From a virus (taxonomy: Duplodnaviria; Heunggongvirae; Uroviricota; Caudoviricetes): a DNA stretch of 4,835 nt. The DNA is taken from IMG/VR virus record IMGVR_UViG_2671180283_000016. One strand, given 5' to 3'. Positions 1 to 4,835 of this stretch are shown one piece after another; positions within the stretch are counted from its first letter, which is position 1; every line of letters starts with the position of its first letter. The notes under the pieces were generated by a model, which worked only from the letters and a program-made list of their open reading frames with translations, searched no databases and was not told the origin of the DNA. The position numbers were made by a program, and so were the translations under genes.

Positions 1-1943
1 ACCAGAATCAGGAGCAGGCCAGGGAGTCTGCGCGCCAGTATGCACTGACGATAGATGAAATCGCGCATAAAACGCCGTCAATGTCTCTGCCTGAAGCCTC
101 AGATAATGAAGGACGAACACGGGCGGCGCTGACAGAGCAGAACCGGCTGATTGATGAACAGGCCAGTCGGGTGAAATCCCTGCAGGAAAAAATCGCAGGA
201 TATCAGTATGTTCTGGCGAACCCGGGCTGGACGACCGGTGACGGATTCATGATAAACCATCTGACCTCGGTGAAGACCGTAACGGAAGGGCTTGCTCAGG
301 CAACAGAGCAGCTTGCCGTTGAGCAGTCCCGTCTGGCACAGATGCAGGAAAAAGCGCAGTCCATTCAGGATGTGCTTGCCGGGCTGGAAGACCGTCGTGT
401 GGCGTTAATTCGTCAGCAGGCGGCAGAGCAGAATAAGGTGTACCAGTCCATGCTGGTTATGAACGGTCAGCATACGGAATTCAACCGTCTGCTGGGGCTG
501 GGTAATGAACTGCTTCAGCAGCGGCAGGGACTGGTGAATGTGCCGTTACGGCTGCCACAGGCCACTCTGGATGATAAACAGCAGAGTGCCCTGACAAAAA
601 CAGAGCGTGAGCTGGCCCTGTCCAGACTGAAAGGGGAAGAAAAAGAGCGTGCCCGGCTGGGGTATGCGGCGGATGACCTCGGTTTTGTGGGGGATCCGTA
701 TCAGGAGGCGAGACAGCGTTATATCAGTAATGCTCTGGAAGCCTGGCGTAATAACGAGGCGAACAAACCTAAATCCCGGGGTGGAAAATCAGAAACGGAA
801 AAAGCGGAAGACAGTTTTTCCCGGCTGCTGAAGCAGCAGAAAGAGCAACTGGCACTGGCCGGTCAGAACACGGAGCTGGCGAAGCTGAAGTACCAGACAG
901 CGCTGGGTGAACTGAAAACCCTGTCGGAGATACAGAAGCAGGAGCTGCTGCGTAACGCGGCCCTGATTGACCAGCAAAAAATCCGGGAACAGTTGCGATC
1001 CCGGGAAGAGACCCTGAAGAATGAGAATGTGGCTGCGCGTGCATCAAATGAAGCCGAACTGCTGGGGTACGGGCAGGGAGAACGGGCCAGGGAACGCATG
1101 CGGGAGTTGCAGCAGATCCGCGACAGCTTCCGCCAGAAGGATGCGGACCTTCAGTCTCAGTATCAGACCGGGGATATCAGTGAGGATTTTTACAGACAGG
1201 CGCTGGCGCAGAATGCACAGTATCTGAGTGAACGTCTGAAAGAGCAGGAAGCCTTTTATGCCGAATCGGATGTGCAGCGTGCGGACTGGCAGAAAGGGCT
1301 GCAGGAGGGATTCAGTAACTGGGTGGATAATGCGTCCGATTACGCCTCACAGGCAGCACAGCTTGCGACAGACGGTATCTCAGGGATGGTGAATAACATC
1401 ACGGAGATGCTGAACGGAAATAAAGTGGAATGGCGCAGCTGGGCTGCATCAATCCTGCAGGAAATATCAAAAGTTCTTATGAATGCCGCGATTGTCAACG
1501 GAATTAAGACGGCGGCAAACGGTATGTCCGGTGCGGGAGGATTTCTCGGCAGCATTGGTGACTGGCTGGGCGGGGCGGTGGCCAATGCAAAAGGCGGCGT
1601 GTATACCTCGGCAAACCTGAGTGCGTACAGCAACAGTATTGTGGATACGCCCACGTACTTTGCCTTTGCAAAAGGGGCGGGACTGATGGGGGAAGCCGGT
1701 CCTGAAGCCATTATGCCCCTGACCCGGGCGGCGGATGGCTCGCTGGGTGTGCGAGCGGTGGGCAGTATGAACGGTAGTGCGGGTCTGGTGTATTCCCCGG
1801 TCTACCATATCGCCATTCAGAATGACGGGACTAATGGCCAGATAGGGCCGGAGGCGGCAGGCAGTCTTGTGCAGCTGATTGACCAGCGGGTGCAGGCGGT
1901 GATGCTGTCCATGCGACGTGACGGAGGAATGCTGAGTGGCTGA
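1..1943 (+). CDS. H: Tail tape measure protein (lambda gpH-like), C-terminal ~647 codons; 5' end lies outside the window
   Basis: The reading frame is open from position 3 with no in-frame stop upstream of the first ATG at 81, so the gene continues off the left edge; stop TGA at 1941-1943. The first ~400 in-window residues are Q/E/A/L/R-rich and coiled-coil-like, followed by a Gly-rich hydrophobic segment (GMSGAGGFLGSIGDWLGGAVANAKGG), both typical of tape measure proteins. It sits directly upstream of M-L-K-I-J homologues. Confidence 0.88.
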   Translation, partial: QNQEQARESARQYALTIDEIAHKTPSMSLPEASDNEGRTRAALTEQNRLIDEQASRVKSLQEKIAGYQYVLANPGWTTGDGFMINHLTSVKTVTEGLAQATEQLAVEQSRLAQMQEKAQSIQDVLAGLEDRRVALIRQQAAEQNKVYQSMLVMNGQHTEFNRLLGLGNELLQQRQGLVNVPLRLPQATLDDKQQSALTKTERELALSRLKGEEKERARLGYAADDLGFVGDPYQEARQRYISNALEAWRNNEANKPKSRGGKSETEKAEDSFSRLLKQQKEQLALAGQNTELAKLKYQTALGELKTLSEIQKQELLRNAALIDQQKIREQLRSREETLKNENVAARASNEAELLGYGQGERARERMRELQQIRDSFRQKDADLQSQYQTGDISEDFYRQALAQNAQYLSERLKEQEAFYAESDVQRADWQKGLQEGFSNWVDNASDYASQAAQLATDGISGMVNNITEMLNGNKVEWRSWAASILQEISKVLMNAAIVNGIKTAANGMSGAGGFLGSIGDWLGGAVANAKGGVYTSANLSAYSNSIVDTPTYFAFAKGAGLMGEAGPEAIMPLTRAADGSLGVRAVGSMNGSAGLVYSPVYHIAIQNDGTNGQIGPEAAGSLVQLIDQRVQAVMLSMRRDGGMLSG

Positions 1944-2277
1944 GATAAAAACGCTGCATCTGGTCCCGCGTGAAGGGATGCAGGTGAGTGAGAAGCCGTC
2001 GGTGGTGAGGGTGCGGTTTGGTGACGGTTATGAACAGCGCCGCCCCACAGGGCTGAATCCTCAACTGAAGACGTTTCAGGCGGTGTTCCGGGTGACGGAT
2101 GAGTCAACCCGGCGCTGGCTGGAAGAGTTTTTATCGTGGCATGGTGGTTACCGTGCCTTTTTGTGGCGACCGCCGAAACATAACCGGACGGTGAGGGTTG
2201 TGTGCCGTGAGTGGAGTGTCACGGATAATGCCCGGTACAGTGATTTCAGTTGCACGATAGAGCAGGTGGTGAACTGA
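1936..2277 (+). CDS. M: Minor tail protein M (lambda gpM-like), 113 aa
   Basis: GTG start at 1936 overlaps the tape measure stop by 8 nt. The translation carries the gpM pattern I recall from lambda (VRFGDGY.QR...GLN..LKT...FL..HGG...FLW.PP...C..WS...EQVVN). Size (lambda gpM is 109 aa) and position match. Confidence 0.9.
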   Translation: MAEIKTLHLVPREGMQVSEKPSVVRVRFGDGYEQRRPTGLNPQLKTFQAVFRVTDESTRRWLEEFLSWHGGYRAFLWRPPKHNRTVRVVCREWSVTDNARYSDFSCTIEQVVN

Positions 2278-2975
2278 TGCAGGATATTCACGGGGAAAGT
2301 CTGAACGAGTCGGTTAAATCAGAGCAGTCACCGCGGGTGGTACTCTGGGAAATCGACCTGACGGTACAGGGTGGTGAGCGGTATTTTTTCTGCAATGAGC
2401 TGAATGAAAAAGGGGAGGCGGTCACCTGGCAGGGGCGGCAATATCAGGCATACCCGATTGACGGCAGTGGCTTTGAGATGAACGGGAAGGGCAGCAGTGC
2501 CAGACCGTCGCTGACGGTGTCGAATCTGTTTGGTCTGGTCACCGGGATGGCGGAGGACCTGCAGAGCCTGGTGGGGGCCACGGTGGTCCGCCGCCGGGTG
2601 TATGCCCGTTTTCTGGATGCGGTGAATTTTGTGGCAGGCAATCCGGAAGCGGACCCGGAGCAGGAGCTGAGCGACCGCTGGGTGGTGGAGCAGATGTCAT
2701 CGCTGACGGCCATGACGGCCTCGTTTGTGCTGGCGACACCGACGGAGACGGACGGGGCGCTGTTTCCCGGTCGCATCATGCTGGCGAATACCTGTATGTG
2801 GACCTACCGCTCTGATGAGTGTGGTTACACGGGCGGGGCTGTGGCGGATGGGTTCGATAAACCCACCACCGATATCCGTAAGGACAGATGCAGCAAGTGC
2901 ATGCGCGGGTGTGAGATGCGCGGCATGGTGGCTAATTTTGGCGGTTTCCTTTCCATTAATAAACTTTCGCAGTAA
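2277..2975 (+). CDS. L: Minor tail protein L (lambda gpL-like), 232 aa, with Cys-rich C-terminal putative Fe-S domain
   Basis: ATG at 2277 overlaps the M stop (TGATG). The product starts MQDIHGESLNE...VVLWEIDLT..GGERYFFCNE and ends ...NFGGFLSINKLSQ, closely matching lambda gpL as recalled, with the same length. The six-frame track's upstream start at 2250 is not needed. Cysteines cluster in the C-terminal third (TCMW, DECGY, RCSKC, RGCEM). Confidence 0.92.
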   Translation: MQDIHGESLNESVKSEQSPRVVLWEIDLTVQGGERYFFCNELNEKGEAVTWQGRQYQAYPIDGSGFEMNGKGSSARPSLTVSNLFGLVTGMAEDLQSLVGATVVRRRVYARFLDAVNFVAGNPEADPEQELSDRWVVEQMSSLTAMTASFVLATPTETDGALFPGRIMLANTCMWTYRSDECGYTGGAVADGFDKPTTDIRKDRCSKCMRGCEMRGMVANFGGFLSINKLSQ

Positions 2976-2985
2976 ATCCCGGTTT

Positions 2986-3729
2986 ATGACACAGACTGAA
3001 TCAGCGATTCTGGCGCATGCCCGGCGGTGTGCGCCTGCGGAGTCGTGCGGCTTCGTGATAAGCACGCCGGAGGGGGAGCGGTATATCCCTTGTGTGAATA
3101 TTTCCGCAGAGCCGGAGGCGTATTTTCGTATCGCACCGGAAGACTGGCTGCGGGCAGAGATGCAGGGGGAGATTGTGGCACTGGTCCACAGTCATCCCGG
3201 TGGGCTGCCCTGGCTGAGCGAGGCTGACCGGCGGCTGCAGATAAAAAGTGCACTGTCCTGGTGGCTGGTCTGCCGGGGGGAAATTCACAAATTCCGCTGC
3301 GTGCCGCACCTGACCGGGCGTCGTTTTGAGCACGGGGTGACGGACTGTTACACCCTGTTCCGGGATGCCTACCATCTGGCGGGGATAACGCTGCCGGATT
3401 TTGTGCGTGAGGATGACTGGTGGCGCAACGGCCAGAACCTGTACCTGGACAACCTGGCGGAAAACGGCTTTTGCCGGGTGTCTCCGTCCTCTGCACAGGC
3501 AGGCGATATCCTGCTGTGCTGCTTTGGCGCATCGGTGCCGAATCATGCCGCCATTTACTGTGGCAACGGTGAACTGCTTCACCATCTGCCTGAACAACTG
3601 AGTAAACGGGAGAGGTATTCTGAAAAATGGCAACGACGAACGCATTCTGTCTGGCGTCACCGCCACTGGTCCGCATCTGCCTTCACGGGGATTTACAACG
3701 ATTTGGCAGCCGCCTCAGCCTGTATGTGA
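2986..3729 (+). CDS. K: Tail tip assembly protein K (lambda gpK-like), 247 aa, JAMM/MPN + NlpC/P60 two-domain protein
   Basis: ATG at 2986 lies 10 nt after the L stop and gives an N-terminus MTQTESAILAHARR matching lambda K-region translation as recalled. JAMM motif H68-S-H70-x7-S78-x2-D81 (HSHPGGLPWLSEAD, nt 3187-3228). NlpC/P60-like catalytic Cys121 (GVTDCYTLF) and downstream His (PNHAAIYCG). The track's 334-aa version starts at a TTG (2725) inside L in another frame and is rejected. Confidence 0.86.
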   Translation: MTQTESAILAHARRCAPAESCGFVISTPEGERYIPCVNISAEPEAYFRIAPEDWLRAEMQGEIVALVHSHPGGLPWLSEADRRLQIKSALSWWLVCRGEIHKFRCVPHLTGRRFEHGVTDCYTLFRDAYHLAGITLPDFVREDDWWRNGQNLYLDNLAENGFCRVSPSSAQAGDILLCCFGASVPNHAAIYCGNGELLHHLPEQLSKRERYSEKWQRRTHSVWRHRHWSASAFTGIYNDLAAASACM

Positions 3730-4307
3730 ACACGGCAGCGGAAGCCATCCGGGCGCTGTCGTTACAGGTGCCCGGATTCCGCCGTCAGATGAACGAAGGC
3801 TGGTACCAGATACGTATTGCCGGTGATGACACGGCACCGGAGGCGGTGTACGCCCGTCTTCACGAACAGCTGGGTGAGGGAACGGTCATCCACATTGTGC
3901 CGCGACTGGCCGGGGCCGGAAAGGGTGGACTGCAGATTGTGCTGGGGGCGGCAGCCATCGTGGGCTCTTTCTTCACGGCCGGGGCATCAATGGCGTTATG
4001 GGGTACAGCCCTGAGTGCCGGCGGTTTTTCTGCCACCACGATGCTGTTTTCACTTGGAGCCAGCATGATTCTGGGTGGTGTGGCCCAGATGCTGGCCCCG
4101 AAGGCAAAAACACCGGATTACCGCGCAACGGATAACGGCAGACAGAACACGTATTTTTCGTCACTGGACAACATGATTGCCCAGGGTAACCCGATGCCGG
4201 TGCCTTACGGGGAAATGCTGGTTGGCTCCCGCCGTATATCCCAGGACATCAGTACCCGTGATGAAGGCGGGGGCGGAAAGGTCGTGGTTATCGGGCGGCA
4301 GGGGTAA
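3627..4307 (+). CDS. I: Tail assembly protein I (lambda gpI-like), 226 aa
   Basis: ATG at 3627 with GGGAGAGG about 11 nt upstream. It overlaps the 3' end of K by 103 nt in a different frame, the same arrangement as lambda K/I. Size is close to lambda gpI (223 aa). The C-terminal half has Gly/Ala-rich hydrophobic stretches. Stop TAA at 4305-4307. Confidence 0.9.
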   Translation: MATTNAFCLASPPLVRICLHGDLQRFGSRLSLYVNTAAEAIRALSLQVPGFRRQMNEGWYQIRIAGDDTAPEAVYARLHEQLGEGTVIHIVPRLAGAGKGGLQIVLGAAAIVGSFFTAGASMALWGTALSAGGFSATTMLFSLGASMILGGVAQMLAPKAKTPDYRATDNGRQNTYFSSLDNMIAQGNPMPVPYGEMLVGSRRISQDISTRDEGGGGKVVVIGRQG

Positions 4308-4347
4308 AAAGAATAAAAAAATCCCGCAGAGTTGCGGAACTGCGGGA
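4306..4347 (-). terminator. Rho-independent terminator oriented for minus-strand transcription
   Basis: An 8-bp GC-rich stem (4322-4329 TCCCGCAG with 4340-4347 CTGCGGGA) and 10-nt loop. On the minus strand it is followed immediately by TTTTTTTATTCTTTTT (complement of 4306-4321). On the plus strand there is no T-tract after the hairpin, so it is directional. Confidence 0.65.
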
Positions 4348-4406
4348 GCGTTACGAAGATTAAGTGTAAGGAATTATTCTTATGTCACGACAAAAAACAC
4401 TAACGC
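4314..4406 (-). ncRNA. Candidate small RNA (~90 nt) bounded by the minus-strand promoter and intrinsic terminator; unnamed
   Basis: Inferred only from the promoter at 4413-4440 and terminator at 4306-4347 on the same strand. No ATG-initiated ORF in the predicted transcript. The segment is AT-rich (my hand count about 36% GC for 4348-4478, against visibly GC-richer flanking genes). Ends are approximate. Confidence 0.3.
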
Positions 4407-4412
4407 AGCGAA

Positions 4413-4440
4413 ATTATACGCGCCACAGTCAGTTTGTGAA
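4413..4440 (-). promoter_or_regulatory. Candidate sigma70-type promoter on the minus strand
   Basis: Minus-strand -10 is a perfect TATAAT (complement of 4413-4418 ATTATA). A -35-like TTCACA (complement of 4435-4440, 5/6 match to TTGACA) lies 16 bp upstream. Predicted start is near 4406, pointing towards the minus-strand terminator at 4306-4347. Confidence 0.45.
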
Positions 4441-4477
4441 AATGTGAAGATATTCAGAAGTTTTATTCAGTGATGAT

Positions 4478-4510
4478 ACAGGCATCCTCAGGGATGCCTG
4501 TTGTTTTTGT
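4478..4510 (+). terminator. Rho-independent terminator-like hairpin on the plus strand, 32 bp upstream of the J start
   Basis: A 10-bp perfect stem (4478-4487 ACAGGCATCC with 4492-4501 GGATGCCTGT) and 4-nt loop TCAG, followed by TGTTTTTGTG (4502-4510). There is no matching T-tract on the other strand. Confidence 0.55.
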
Positions 4511-4531
4511 GCGTAACAGTTATCACAGTAA

Positions 4532-4539
4532 AGGGTGAG
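4532..4539 (+). promoter_or_regulatory. Shine-Dalgarno-like site for J
   Basis: AGGGTGAG lies 3-10 nt upstream of the ATG at 4543. Confidence 0.5.
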
Positions 4540-4542
4540 ACA

Positions 4543-4835
4543 ATGGGCAAAGGTGGCGGCAAGGCGCACACACCGCGCGAGGCGAAGGACAATCTCAAAT
4601 CCACGCAGATGATGAGTGTGATTGATGCGATTGGTGAGGGACCGATAGAAGGCCCGGTGAAGGGGCTGCAGAGTATCCTGGTGAACAAAACCCCGCTGAC
4701 GGACACGGACGGCAATCCTGTGATACACGGTGTGACCGCGGTCTGGCGCGCCGGGGAGCAGGAGCAGACACCACCGGAAGGCTTTGAGTCCTCCGGAGCT
4801 GAAACCGGACTGGGCGTGGAAGTGACGAAGGCAAA
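4543..4835 (+). CDS. J: Central tail fibre / host specificity protein J (lambda gpJ-like), N-terminal 97 codons; 3' end lies outside the window
   Basis: ATG at 4543 preceded by AGGGTGAG (4532-4539). Translation MGKGGGKAHTPREAKDNLKSTQMMSVIDAIGEGPIEGPV...AGEQEQTPPEGFESSG closely matches the lambda gpJ N-terminus as recalled. The frame stays open to the window end. Not in the ORF track because there is no stop in the window. Confidence 0.92.
   Translation, partial: MGKGGGKAHTPREAKDNLKSTQMMSVIDAIGEGPIEGPVKGLQSILVNKTPLTDTDGNPVIHGVTAVWRAGEQEQTPPEGFESSGAETGLGVEVTKA

Noticed and set aside
649-1808. Several ORFs nested within the tape measure gene: 649-831 +, 1021-1227 +, and minus-strand 769-1047, 789-977, 863-1099, 1340-1711, 1467-1808
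   Set aside because: They lie entirely inside a well-supported tape measure gene, translate to low-complexity Ser/Pro/Arg/Ala-rich sequence typical of off-frame reading of GC-rich coding DNA, and have no flanking signals.
2250-2276. Upstream start at 2250 for L (MHDRAGGELMQDIH...)
   Set aside because: It would overlap the M 3' end by 28 nt. The ATG at 2277 (TGATG overlap) gives the gpL-like N-terminus MQDIHGESLNE and the expected 232-aa length.
2566-2575. Chi-like sequence CCTGGTGG
   Set aside because: It differs from the E. coli Chi octamer GCTGGTGG at the first base; not an exact Chi site.
2725-3729. 334-aa ORF from the six-frame track (TTG start at 2725) as the K gene
   Set aside because: The first 87 codons lie inside L in another frame and give an Arg/Cys-rich low-complexity translation (MCWRHRRRRTGRC...). 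The ATG at 2986, just after the L stop, gives a lambda-K-like N-terminus.
1817-4164. Minus-strand and off-frame ORFs overlapping M/L/K/I (1817-2107 -, 1831-2064 -, 2444-2779 -, 2539-2739 -, 2697-3065 -, 2984-3676 -, 3001-3666 -, 3027-3227 +, 3401-3601 +, 3817-4014 +, 3860-4066 -, 3973-4164 -)
   Set aside because: Antisense or alternative-frame shadows of the tail genes; Pro/Arg/Gly-rich composition; no independent start or stop context.
4322-4347. The hairpin at 4322-4347 as a plus-strand terminator for the late operon after I
   Set aside because: On the plus strand the hairpin is followed by GCGTTACGAAG, not a T-tract; the U-tract is only on the minus strand. It is therefore called as a minus-strand terminator.
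4433-4456. Possible plus-strand promoter TTGTGA (4434-4439) with TATTCA (4451-4456)
   Set aside because: The spacer is only 11 bp and the -10 is a poor match; other plus-strand candidates (TTACGA/TTATTC at 4351-4379) are also weak. No convincing plus-strand promoter in the spacer.
4177-4473. 98-aa plus-strand ORF spanning the I 3' end and the spacer
   Set aside because: Its first ~43 codons overlap I in another frame, it has no RBS, and it ends within the spacer. The spacer is better explained by promoter and terminator signals.
4429-4834. Minus-strand ORFs 4429-4728, 4488-4715 and 4595-4834, antisense to the J 5' region
   Set aside because: Antisense to the strongly conserved J N-terminus. 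The minus-strand promoter found at 4413-4440 fires away from them, not into them.

Overview
This window is the tail-tip assembly block of a lambda-like siphovirus (probably an enterobacterial prophage), all on the + strand in the lambda order H-M-L-K-I-J. It holds the C-terminal ~647 codons of a tape measure protein (5' end outside the window), then M, L, K and I homologues, and the first 97 codons of the J-like central tail fibre. Genes are tightly packed or overlapping except for a 235-bp, AT-rich I-J spacer (4308-4542), which is the one region coding genes do not explain. That spacer carries a strong minus-strand intrinsic terminator abutting the I stop codon, a minus-strand promoter with a perfect TATAAT about 70 bp away, and a plus-strand terminator hairpin 32 bp before J. 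I read this as a candidate ~90-nt antisense-oriented small RNA unit (moron-like insert). Everything rests on reading the sequence and on recalled lambda protein sequences; no database search was run.
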